64,000 nucleotides of DNA from a virus (Duplodnaviria; Caudoviricetes): positions 1-64,000 of the IMG/VR virus record IMGVR_UViG_3300021958_008980, one strand, 5' to 3'. This document shows positions 53,012 through 63,100 of the stretch, one piece after another; the first letter of the stretch is position 1, and every line of letters starts with the position of its first letter. The notes beneath the pieces were generated by a model, which saw only the letters and a list, made by a program, of their open reading frames with translations, did no database searches and was not told where the DNA came from. The position numbers and the translations under genes are program-made.

Positions 53012-54640
53012 TTATTTCACTCCTATCACGCACTCTGTAAGTGCCGTTTGTTCATTATATTTATGTTTAATTAGGCGGCCAATGGTGTTAAAACTGGTGC
53101 ATTCGTCTATTTGTGCCACTCTGGCCTCTCCTTTACCCGCTGATACTACACGGTCTCCTGGTTTTCCGCAACCTTTCAGTTTCACCAGTACCCGTCCTTT
53201 TAGTGCTACCATAGGGTGCGAATCGTTGTTTCCTATGTTTGCGTTCATCAAAAACGCTGGTGAATCGGATATTACACCAAAGACATCGTCTGAAAGTTCC
53301 TGATTCTCTTTGGTAATTTCAGCAGTACCACCTAATTTGACAACATCTCCAACTTCAAGTGGGCAATCAGATTCGTATCGTTCAGCCAGATCAGCGTATT
53401 GTGCCGCTGTCGATGTAGCGTGTACTATGTTTGCCCGCACATCAACCAGTGTTGGTGCTTCCAACTCAGTATCAGTCTGTGAGGCCTTGAATGCTGTCCA
53501 GGCACCACCTGCATTTCCGTGAATTGTCGTTCCGTCATCTGCGAATGTTTCATCCCATATCCAGTAAAGGTTCTGTTCCGTTGCACTTGATGTCTCACCT
53601 CTGTTGACTTTAAGACCTGTGTAATTTGGCATGCCAGCGGCCGATGATATATTCCTATTCAATTCTATGATATTGTCTTCTACGGAAAGCGTTGAAGTGT
53701 TGATTATTGTTTGTGTACCATCGACGGTCAAATCACCAACACGAAGATGTTCGATTCTACCCGATGTTCCTGTGATTCTCAGTGCCTCTCTTGTAGTTCC
53801 GCCATCATTTACTGTGAATATGATGTCTTTGTCTTGCGTTGTGTTTGCAATCGTAAAATTATCACTGCTAAGACTCATTGTGACGTCTGATCCAGCACCG
53901 ATTGTTAATCCTGTGTCATTTATAATTCCCAATGATCCTGTTGTTGTGTCATTGGTGTTTGATCTCAAGAAGTTAGCGGCCGCTACTCCTCCAAGAGTGT
54001 CTGAATCAGTTGCTGTACCTCGAAATTTGGCCGAAGACACAGACGTAGAAAGTTGTATACCTTGTGCCACTGTTGTGAAACCAGCGGCAACCAATGCGGC
54101 TCCCACCGATTCTGTTGAACTAGGAGTGAATGCCTGATTCGAAACCACACCCACAACCGCGTCATTGGTCACTAGTTTCAATATGGATCGCTTGACTCCG
54201 GTGTTGTCTTCTGGTGATTCTGTGATAACTTGCGTGACACCTGATCCTGCAACTGTGGTCGGTCCGATCAATGTCCATGCAGTGCCTGTGTAAACGTACA
54301 ACTGTGTGTTCGTTGTGTCAAACCACATGTCTCCTTGCACAGCGTTACTTGGTGCTGTAGCAGAGTTGTTTGTTGATCCCACAGGTTTCCATTTAGAACC
54401 TGTGTACACGTTAATCTGATTGTTTGTTTTGTCATACCACAACTGCCCTTGCTGTTTGTTTGACGGTGCAGATGTGTTGTTGAAATTTTCTAAAAGTTTA
54501 ATAAGGTTCTCGTTCAACTTTTCGCCGAAACCTGCATAACCTTTGCCAATGAGCGTAAGGTCTGTAGTCGCCACATCGATTGTGCCGTCTGCCAGAGTAA
54601 CCAGCAAAGTTCCAAAGGTGTTGTTGAGTTTATATGCCAT
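53012..54640 (-). CDS. tail fibre/baseplate protein with C-terminal intramolecular-chaperone (peptidase G2-like) domain
   Basis: Shared N-terminal GKGYAGFGE-x-LNENL-x-KLLENF module; C-terminal YADLAERY...GDVV...GVIS...VALKGRV. Confidence 0.75.
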   Translation of the reverse strand: MAYKLNNTFGTLLVTLADGTIDVATTDLTLIGKGYAGFGEKLNENLIKLLENFNNTSAPSNKQQGQLWYDKTNNQINVYTGSKWKPVGSTNNSATAPSNAVQGDMWFDTTNTQLYVYTGTAWTLIGPTTVAGSGVTQVITESPEDNTGVKRSILKLVTNDAVVGVVSNQAFTPSSTESVGAALVAAGFTTVAQGIQLSTSVSSAKFRGTATDSDTLGGVAAANFLRSNTNDTTTGSLGIINDTGLTIGAGSDVTMSLSSDNFTIANTTQDKDIIFTVNDGGTTREALRITGTSGRIEHLRVGDLTVDGTQTIINTSTLSVEDNIIELNRNISSAAGMPNYTGLKVNRGETSSATEQNLYWIWDETFADDGTTIHGNAGGAWTAFKASQTDTELEAPTLVDVRANIVHATSTAAQYADLAERYESDCPLEVGDVVKLGGTAEITKENQELSDDVFGVISDSPAFLMNANIGNNDSHPMVALKGRVLVKLKGCGKPGDRVVSAGKGEARVAQIDECTSFNTIGRLIKHKYNEQTALTECVIGVK

Positions 54641-54642
54641 CT

Positions 54643-54825
54643 TTAATCGTTGTTGGAAGCGTTATCTCTAACGTCCACCAAGAAACTCACATCTCCTAAC
54701 AGTTTTATCAATATGGCGGCTACTTCCGGATTCATCTTTTGATCAATCTTTGCTATCTCTTCCGTAGTCAATATAGTCTCTGCGTTAGCGTTGATGTAGT
54801 CTGCCACTTCTTGTTTTGTTGCCAT
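54643..54825 (-). CDS. small hypothetical protein
   Basis: 60 aa; AAGGAG RBS; TAAATA at 54843-54848 upstream. Confidence 0.7.
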   Translation of the reverse strand: MATKQEVADYINANAETILTTEEIAKIDQKMNPEVAAILIKLLGDVSFLVDVRDNASNND

Positions 54826-54845
54826 TTATGTCTCCTTACTTGTAT

Positions 54846-56243
54846 TTAACGTATTTGCGGATCGTATATTTCTAACCATTTTGCGTATCTTTTTTCCACA
54901 AATGGCCTGATTATAGCCCCCAGAGTCCAACAGAAACTTTCACCAATTATTCTAGTGATTATTCCCAAAGTATCTCTCGATTTCTTAACTTTCATAGCGT
55001 ACCCTAACTCGTTTGCCCTAGCCTGTGCCAACGCCCTTATTACTTTTATTACCAATAATCCAAACTTATCACCGGATTTTTCTGCCCTCGTCATGTATTG
55101 CACAAGTGGCACTGCCCAGAACCAGTAACCAATTTTGGTGTTTCTTGAGATGTACTTGACGCTGTATTCTGTGTCTACTGCCAAATCCTCCGCGGAGAAC
55201 AGTCCTCTTTCTTGTAGCCATGTACAGATCACACGACCTCCACCGCCACCGCCGGTTCCTCCGCCACCTGAACTAGCACCACCTTGTGCATCTCCAAAGC
55301 CTGCCGCTGTTTCTGTGAACGTTATTCCTGAATTGAAAAGTGCTTTCCACACACCTCCCACTTTGTAGTATCCTGCTGTAATTTTTTTCCAAGTGCCTGA
55401 AACTTTGTAGTACATGTCATTGATGCTTTTCCATGTGCCTGACACTTTGTAATTTGCTTGTACGCCGATGTTGAAAATAACAACCACTTTACCGTCACCG
55501 CCAGGAGAACTTGGTTGTCCTCCCACTGCTATGCCAGATGCATAATAACTTGAACCTGTTCCGCCAGGTGTCACACCTGATCCGTTGTCTTCTGATCCTC
55601 CCGCATTTGTGTTAGAACCAGACCTTCCGCCGGTTCCACCTGCATCACCTGATCCTGCATCACCTGAAGTTCCGCCGTTGGTTCCACCACCACCAGCACC
55701 TGCTCCACCTCCGTCTCCCGAGTGATCCTTTCCGTTCTCACCTAGTGTTCCTGGAGACTCTGCTGTTGCGGTGTTTGTGTTCACACCAGCGGTACCATTA
55801 GAAGTTTTACCTGCGCCGGCTCCCCCACCGCCGCCGCCTGATACTGCTATCTGTACTCCGTCGATCAATACCGTAGAGGCTCCGCCACCTCCGCCACCTG
55901 ATCCTGAGTATGGTGTTGGTCCTGCGTTACCGCCTTCACCACCCGAATATCCTGCTATGCTCTTTCCGTTCCGTCCACCAGCGGCTCCTCCACCTGATGA
56001 ACCACCTGCTCCGCCGCCTCCTACTGCGATCGTCATGGTCTTGCCTATCTCGGCAGTCATGTCTATAGAAGTTGCAGTAACATAGTGTCCGGCCGCGCCT
56101 GTGCCTCCAGGACCGCCCGCATCTGAGCCACCACCTCCACCTGCGCCACCCCAAAGGTGCACATCAATAGAAGTAGTGCCAGCCGGTATTACGGTCTGGT
56201 GCAAAGTACCTGTGTAGTTAAATGTCTTGACGACTGTTGCCAT
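54846..56243 (-). CDS. glycine-rich tail/receptor-binding protein with C-terminal VICT domain
   Basis: WGGAGGGGG Gly-rich repeats; three YKV(S/G)G(T/V)WK repeats; polyGly-RVICTWL...GYWFWAVP. Confidence 0.7.
   Translation of the reverse strand: MATVVKTFNYTGTLHQTVIPAGTTSIDVHLWGGAGGGGGSDAGGPGGTGAAGHYVTATSIDMTAEIGKTMTIAVGGGGAGGSSGGGAAGGRNGKSIAGYSGGEGGNAGPTPYSGSGGGGGGASTVLIDGVQIAVSGGGGGGAGAGKTSNGTAGVNTNTATAESPGTLGENGKDHSGDGGGAGAGGGGTNGGTSGDAGSGDAGGTGGRSGSNTNAGGSEDNGSGVTPGGTGSSYYASGIAVGGQPSSPGGDGKVVVIFNIGVQANYKVSGTWKSINDMYYKVSGTWKKITAGYYKVGGVWKALFNSGITFTETAAGFGDAQGGASSGGGGTGGGGGGRVICTWLQERGLFSAEDLAVDTEYSVKYISRNTKIGYWFWAVPLVQYMTRAEKSGDKFGLLVIKVIRALAQARANELGYAMKVKKSRDTLGIITRIIGESFCWTLGAIIRPFVEKRYAKWLEIYDPQIR
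55345..55454 (-). repeat. three imperfect 42-nt-period coding repeats (YKVSGTWK)
   Basis: 26-nt cores at 55345-55370, 55387-55412 and 55429-55454. Confidence 0.8.
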
Positions 56244-56249
56244 AAAGGA

Positions 56250-57647
56250 TTACGCCTCCCTTACGAACCAGAAGTCCCCGTCACTGCCGTCACCGCCTGT
56301 TGGTGCTGAAGTTGAAACAGTCTTCTCTGATCCGCCCCATTGGTCACCAAAAGTAGCAACCTGTCCAATTGTTGGAACACTCACGCTCGCAGTGTCTGAT
56401 GTTGTTATTGCTGATCCAACCGCGGCCAAATTTATGTTGGTCACTGTAAGTAGACCTGCCGCCGTTGTTCTTAAAAATCCTGAATTCTTGTTTGCATTAC
56501 CATCTGATACAGCATCTGCTTCTCTGATCAGAGCAGAGTAAGTTGCATTTTGGCCTGCCACCCATTCGTTTTCTGACACATCATAGAACAATCTCGCATC
56601 GTCAGTGTCTGTTGTCTCGACAATTATACCTGAATCTGCTTCAGAGTTGCCTGTGTTTAATTTCAAGAATGCGTCATTTACAATGTTGATCTCGCTCGAA
56701 CTGTTTTCGTACTCACCCGATACTGTGAGGTTTCCAGTTATGGTCACGTCACCACTGATGTCCACACCACCGTCTGCGCCTGTCAGTTGTAAAGGTGTTT
56801 TTGTCACGCCACCGTCATTGACTGTGAACTTAAGATCCTTGTCTTGTGATGTCTGTGCGACTGTCACATCATTGCTTGAAACTGTTATTGTCAATTCTTG
56901 TGAGTCACCAATGATGACTCCGCTGTCCGTGTCAACAGTCAGCGCACCTGTAGTAGTGTCTGCCGCGTCCGCCCTAAGGAAGTTGCCTCCCGCGATCACT
57001 GTGGCTGAAGTGTTTGTTGTGCTTGAAACATCAACTGCTGACGCTGATGTTGTTGACCCTTCAAACACTGCACTCAATGTTGAGTTCAGCGTCAGCCCTG
57101 CTTTGATTTGCGCGAAGCCCGACTGTGATGCACTTGGTGTGAACGTCTCTTTTGAAAGTATCGCCACCCTTGTGTTTCCAACGTACATCGAAGACACAAC
57201 CTTGTTTCCACCGGAACTTGCAAGTGTCTCGATCTTCCAACCTGAAAGTGTCTGTCCAGATGTGTAAACCGGGCCAACTAATTGCCATGCACTGCCTGTG
57301 TAAACGTACAACTGATCGTCGTCAGTGTCCGTCCAAAGGTCTCCTGTTGATGGCGATGTAGGTGCAGTCGCTTGTGCTTTCGCACCTCCCGTTGGCTTGA
57401 AACTTGATCCATCATACACCTTGATCTGGTTAGTGTTTGCGTCAAACCACAGCTCACCCTTCAAAGGTGCAGTTGGTGCCGATGTTGATGATGAATTTTC
57501 AAGTAATTTTACTAGGTTTTCGTTCAGTAATTCACCAAAACCCGAATAACTCTTACCAAAGAGTGTCAAACTCGTTGAGTTGTCTATGGTGCCATCTGTG
57601 ATTGTGGCAACTACTGTTCCGTCTGTTTTGTTAATTGTGTACGCCAT
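56250..57647 (-). CDS. tail fibre/baseplate protein (paralog family)
   Basis: MAYTINKTDG...GKSYSGFGELLNENLVKLLEN; GDLW-x-D repeats; ends GDFWFV. Confidence 0.75.
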   Translation of the reverse strand: MAYTINKTDGTVVATITDGTIDNSTSLTLFGKSYSGFGELLNENLVKLLENSSSTSAPTAPLKGELWFDANTNQIKVYDGSSFKPTGGAKAQATAPTSPSTGDLWTDTDDDQLYVYTGSAWQLVGPVYTSGQTLSGWKIETLASSGGNKVVSSMYVGNTRVAILSKETFTPSASQSGFAQIKAGLTLNSTLSAVFEGSTTSASAVDVSSTTNTSATVIAGGNFLRADAADTTTGALTVDTDSGVIIGDSQELTITVSSNDVTVAQTSQDKDLKFTVNDGGVTKTPLQLTGADGGVDISGDVTITGNLTVSGEYENSSSEINIVNDAFLKLNTGNSEADSGIIVETTDTDDARLFYDVSENEWVAGQNATYSALIREADAVSDGNANKNSGFLRTTAAGLLTVTNINLAAVGSAITTSDTASVSVPTIGQVATFGDQWGGSEKTVSTSAPTGGDGSDGDFWFVREA

Positions 57648-57653
57648 TTCTTA

Positions 57654-57659
57654 TATTTA
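57654..57659 (-). promoter_or_regulatory. putative late promoter core TAAATA
   Basis: TAAATA-N6-ATG(57647) on the - strand. Confidence 0.5.
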
Positions 57660-57663
57660 CCTG

Positions 57664-59364
57664 TTAACTTACTATATCATATACCGCGATATACTTCTGT
57701 GTTTCAAATGAATGCAATTCATAAAGTTGTTTTGAATTTGTTGTCGAACCGTCACCGATGGGTCTCTCACCTTGAGTCACTCCATCTATCTGATATGTGA
57801 TCTGTCTTACGTCTGCAGTCTGGGTAACGATCGTGATCCTTTTCAATGTGCCGTTCTGTGCGTTAGTAAAATTCAGTGTCACATCAGCGTTGACGTAAAC
57901 TTCAAAGAACCTTCCTGTGGACAAGTCAACTGTGGTGTTGGTTGTCACACCTGCACTTATTGTACCTGTCGAAATAACCTCACCAACTATGCTGTCAGCA
58001 GTTAGGTTTCCCTGCACCTGGAGGTCGTCTTCAATTGTTACCGCTGTAGAATCAGTTGCACTCAATGCCGTGCCTGTGATGGACAAACCATCAACCACGA
58101 CTGCACCTGTGCCTGCTCCTTTTAGAACAAGGTTGTCGTTTGATCTACTGGCTAATATCTCGTTGTCATTTATTGTGACTCCTTGGGTCTTGATCTCTGT
58201 TGCATCCAATACGTCAGAAAATGCCGTTGCGAATCTTGTTCCGTCAGTACCCAAGTTATATGTGCTGTCCGCACTAGGAAGTATTGTCTGCGAATTTACA
58301 GTACCTGATAATGTTCCACCAGTCAATAATAGGTTGAGACTCGCGGAACCAGTGACTGTTCCTGTTACATCACCTGTGACATCTCCCGTCACATCTCCTA
58401 CTACGTTTCCTGTGAGTGGACCAGTGAATGCTGTCGCGTTTACTGTGCCCGATACGTCTAGTTTGGTTGTGGGAGTAATTGTTCCTATACCAACACGTGC
58501 CACATCTCCGTCCATAGTCATCAAAGTTGTTGTCGTGCCACCGTCATTGATCTTGAACGTTATGTCTTTGTCAGATATGATGTTCTGCATTACAACACCA
58601 GTGCTGTCGACAGTCAGTGTAAGATCACTGTCCGCACCTACGATCACACCACCATCGTTGGCAACAGTCAATGTGCCTGAAGTTGTGTCGTTGGCATTTG
58701 ATCTGAGGTAATTGGCCGCCGCAACACCACCCAACTTGTCCGAGTCTGTGGCTGTGCCTGCAAACTTTAGGTCTGATATTGCTGTAGAAAGCGTGAGACC
58801 TTTTGATATTTCAGCAAATCCTGATATCGCCGCCTTGGGTGTGAATGCAATTTCGGAAATTATAGCGATAAGCGATCCGTTGTTGTACCACTTCGTTACC
58901 TTCCTGTCTGTGTCTGTATTGTCAGTGATGGTCTCGAATAAAAATCCATTTGTGGCCGTGCCTGAAGTAGAACTAGGTCCTATGAGAATGTTCGAAGTGC
59001 CGTTATAGAAATACAACTGAGAAGTGTCTGAATCTATCCAAAGATCACCTTGCACAAGATTGGATGGTGCTGTTGGGCCATATGGAACACTACTTCCAGC
59101 AGGCACAAAGTTTGATCCTGTGTATACTTTCAGTATGCTGGCATCACTGTCATACCATAACTGTCCCTGTATTGGTTTGCTGGGTGCAGTTGTGTTTGCG
59201 AAATTTTCCAAAAGGTGTAGGAAGTTTTCGTGCAACACCTCACCATATCCAGCATACCCTTTTCCAATAAAAGAAAGATCAGTCTGTGTGTTCAACACAC
59301 CGTCCTGGACGGTGTAAGAGCTCGGGGTAGCAGAACTATTTGTCTTGTCAACTGTGTATGCCAT
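57664..59364 (-). CDS. tail fibre/baseplate protein (paralog family)
   Basis: MAYTVDKTN...GKGYAGYGEVLHENFLHLLENF; VTGD tandem repeats near 58360-58410. Confidence 0.75.
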   Translation of the reverse strand: MAYTVDKTNSSATPSSYTVQDGVLNTQTDLSFIGKGYAGYGEVLHENFLHLLENFANTTAPSKPIQGQLWYDSDASILKVYTGSNFVPAGSSVPYGPTAPSNLVQGDLWIDSDTSQLYFYNGTSNILIGPSSTSGTATNGFLFETITDNTDTDRKVTKWYNNGSLIAIISEIAFTPKAAISGFAEISKGLTLSTAISDLKFAGTATDSDKLGGVAAANYLRSNANDTTSGTLTVANDGGVIVGADSDLTLTVDSTGVVMQNIISDKDITFKINDGGTTTTLMTMDGDVARVGIGTITPTTKLDVSGTVNATAFTGPLTGNVVGDVTGDVTGDVTGTVTGSASLNLLLTGGTLSGTVNSQTILPSADSTYNLGTDGTRFATAFSDVLDATEIKTQGVTINDNEILASRSNDNLVLKGAGTGAVVVDGLSITGTALSATDSTAVTIEDDLQVQGNLTADSIVGEVISTGTISAGVTTNTTVDLSTGRFFEVYVNADVTLNFTNAQNGTLKRITIVTQTADVRQITYQIDGVTQGERPIGDGSTTNSKQLYELHSFETQKYIAVYDIVS

Positions 59365-60089
59365 TAGTATCCTGTGTTACCACCTGATGTAGTTCCACTC
59401 ACTGTGTTCGAAGTTGTCAGTGCTGTAGAACTTGTTTCAGTAAATGTTGTTAAACTTTGAATTCTTAAAGTGTAATCAATTTGTATCAACCTGTTCAATG
59501 ATTTCTGCACCGGATGGAATATCACATGTGTCAACAACTTGTTGGTCGAACCGTTCTCTGTGCCTTCCCAACTTTTTAAACCAAGTTCGTCAAACACATA
59601 ATCACCATTGAAGTCAGTGGTGTTGTCGAACGCCGCCTGTCCGGTTGGTTCCCCGTAGTCCAAAGTGCAGGTGCAGACAATGTCAGTGTATTTGTTTCCT
59701 GCCGTGTGCCTCACTTCCATTTTGTTTCTTGTTGTGTCTTTGTTTGTTGCAGAGTTATCATCGATAACCTTGTAATAAGTTTGATTATATAATGTGGCAT
59801 TTGTGCCCGTTGAATTCGGTGTAAGGTAAGTTATGATTCCTGTTGGATCCACGCTGGTTCCACCATTACCAAAGGCCATTTCGTGGACAAATCCTGTTGT
59901 CTTGTTTGCCAATGAATTGGCCAGTGCCTGAGACATGTTTTCGTAATGGATTGCATTCCTTTTGTCCACTAAAACTTCACCCGTTTCCGGGTCAAAAATC
60001 TTAATATGCCCCGTCATCATAACACCTGTGTTATCCTGAGGCTTCTTGTTTTCTTCTTTTGATTCTGTTGGTTTGTTTTCCTGTTTCAT
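59364..60089 (-). CDS. putative baseplate/tail structural protein
   Basis: GHIKIFD...AFGNGG...FDELGL...THVIFHPVQKS...IDYTLRI; within the tail block. Confidence 0.65.
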   Translation of the reverse strand: MKQENKPTESKEENKKPQDNTGVMMTGHIKIFDPETGEVLVDKRNAIHYENMSQALANSLANKTTGFVHEMAFGNGGTSVDPTGIITYLTPNSTGTNATLYNQTYYKVIDDNSATNKDTTRNKMEVRHTAGNKYTDIVCTCTLDYGEPTGQAAFDNTTDFNGDYVFDELGLKSWEGTENGSTNKLLTHVIFHPVQKSLNRLIQIDYTLRIQSLTTFTETSSTALTTSNTVSGTTSGGNTGY

Positions 60090-60095
60090 CTAGTG

Positions 60096-60101
60096 TATTT
60101 A
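60096..60101 (-). promoter_or_regulatory. putative late promoter core TAAATA
   Basis: TAAATA-N6-ATG(60089), overlapping the upstream stop codon. Confidence 0.5.
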
Positions 60102-63100
60102 TTCAGGTGCGTTTGTAGGCTCATTAGCAATGAATACAGCCTGTTGAGTCGTTGAAGCCTGCAATCCTTTACCGTCAGCAGGATTACCATCTTTGGCTGT
60201 GTACCATACCTGTCCTTTCTTGTGTAATATTTTTATCTGTGTTCCAGAAGCGGGTGCAGTGCTTAAAGTCACAGCAGTAGTGCTTCCGTCAACAGAGTAG
60301 TTGATAGTTGATCCATCCTCGCTAGTGAGCAACAATCGTTGGCCACCAATGAATATGTCTAACTCACTAGCGGATGATGGTGCTTGTGATAGTGCGAACA
60401 CCACAGTGCTTCCATCACCTGTGAAGGTGTTGGTGTACACAGTGTCCGCATAAGGGATGGTTTGAGTACCAGACGCATCTACCACTTCAGTGCCTGATCC
60501 ATGCTCCTTAATTCCTGTTCCCAAAGTACCACGTCTCAGTTGCCCCAACGTGTTACCTGATTTTGTGAAGTATTCAATTCTCTCTTTGTCTATGAATATG
60601 ACTCCTGGCGTGTTACCTGCCACATCTGGTGTTGGCAACAAACTCGCGTCTTCAACTGTGATAGTCTGTGTGCCTTCTGTCATGACTAATGTTAATTTTG
60701 TTGTAGCAGTTTTAGATATACGTTTGTAGAAAGTCCTGTTCAACATGTCTTTGAATATCCTGAAACCTGTGGCACCTGTTGCCGATTCTAAGGCGAAGTA
60801 CATTACATCTAATCTATCTGATGATGTTATTGTTCTCCCTGACACAGTTATTGTGTTACCACTGACAACGTAATCTTGCCCCTGTACAAGTTGTTCTCCA
60901 TTCAACCATACATAAGTGTATCCTCCGTTCAAGGTTTCGAACCTTAATTTGAACACGCCCGATCCTCTACCTTCAAGCACTTCCCTTCTCTGTTTCATTC
61001 CCAGTGCGTTGTTGAATGTTGTGACTGATAACACGTCTGTTGCACTCAAACTGTAAGGTGAAGTTATAGCACTTGGTACTAATATTATATCAGTGCCCTC
61101 GTTGTAGTACTGATGATCTACCAAGGTTGATATGCATATGACATCCGTCGACGCTGGTACGTGTGCTGTAACAAAGTCAACGTTTTGGTTTCCAATGTCT
61201 ACAGTGTAGTGAGTGTTTAAATTTTTCTTCACACCATTTACAAAAACTTGTACTTGGCTTGCGGCTGTAATTGTTTTAGCCGGATCGACTGTTGAATCAT
61301 CCTCGAGTCCTGAAACAACTCCATACGTGTATGTGCTTCCATCACCCACGTAGTATGTGTTGTCCGGTCCTCGCAACACTCTTCCGTTCAGTTCCACTAT
61401 CGTCAAACCAGAGAAAGGACCAATCGCTCCTGCAGGATATGTCAATGTATACCTGTTTGTCGAACCATCGTAAGTTATTGTCTGATTTCTCACACTCGCA
61501 TAACTTCTTGTAGACGTTGTAGATTTGTTGAATCCAGCAAACTGTATGTACGAACTTGCCGCCGGTGCTGAATTGAATATTACTGTTATCGTGTTGGCCG
61601 CAGTCGTTGTTGTATATGCAGTGGTCGGCACTCCATCTATTGTAACGTACATGTCAGAGGATGTTGAATCTAGATTAAATTCCCCTCTTGTTGAAGTTAG
61701 GAAAGTTGTTGTACTACCGTCACCTGTGAAAGTGTTTAGTACTCTGTAATTCTCTCCTGATATAGCAAACACTTTAGTGGATATCTTGCTGTTGTTTGCA
61801 GGTGCAGATGTGAAAGTAATAGTTTTATTGGCAACGTTTATTGAATAGTTTGTTGTAAGTTTCTGAACAACACCATCAACCGATACAGTAACAGATCCTA
61901 ATGTTCCTGGATAATCTCCTACGCTGAATGTTGTCTCTGTGCCATCTCCTGTGTGAGTCATTTCACTTATGAACGGCACACCTGACTCCGGTGACGTGTA
62001 AACTTTTATATCAACAGTATCGAACATCTGTCCTGGAATCGTTTCTTCCGGAGCATAACTTGTGTCTGGTGTAACAAATCCGTCACCTTCCAATACGATG
62101 TCACTAGGCGCATGTCCTAACGCTGATGTAAACAAACCTCCCTTGATTATGGAATCTAATGTCCTATCATCTGTTGGTGTCAATACACCGTCGTCATCAA
62201 AGGGTATGAATTCAACTAGTGCGTTCGCCTCAGGTGTTTCACTGATAGTGAAGGCAACTGTTGATCCATCTCCCCTTATGACATCAGATAGTTTTCTCCT
62301 TGTGCTGTCATCCTGCGTGATATACACCTGGTACACTTCAGAACTCTTAGGCGCAGAAGCAAATGTGTAAGATGCAGTCGATCCGTCGGCCCTGAACGCT
62401 TTGATCCTAGATGAACCAGTATTGTCAAATGGGAAATCGTAGAAACCAGATTTATCCCAACCTTGCTCTTGCGTGAACAACAGACCAGTCACCATTGTGC
62501 CGCCATAGTCAACACCGGACATCAACTGTGACAACTCATTGCCTGGCATTCCAGATCCTGGTGTGTAGAAACCCTTTGTCCTATCTGCCGCCGTTAGTCC
62601 GGTCTCGTCACCATAAACCTTGTACACGCTTCCTATGTTATCATCGAAGTCAGTGCTTGAGGTAAATGGATTCGTGACCTTGTACAACTGATTTTTGTAT
62701 CTGATCAAATCGTTGTATGCGTAACTCGTTGCCGCCGCCCAGTCTACCACTCGTGAAGTGCTTGACACCCTGTCAAATTTTATTGTAGTGTCAAAATCTC
62801 TTACGAGATCGTTGCCCAGATTTGCGTATGCTTTTGCAGGATCGCTTGGCGTTGTTCCATCCTTCATACCTCCCGAAAGTACCACTGTTGGAGTGGCCGT
62901 GTAGTTGGCGCCTATGCCTGTAACGTTTATCTTGGTCACAACACCACCTTGTATAATAGCCGTGGCAGTGGCCGCTGTAGTTGCCGGTGTCACGTACATT
63001 TTGAATGCTTCTGATTTATCGCTTACTGATTCACTGGTTGATGCAGTTGGACCATAGAAAGTGTCAGCATATCCATCGAAAATGTATGTTTTGGTTGTAC

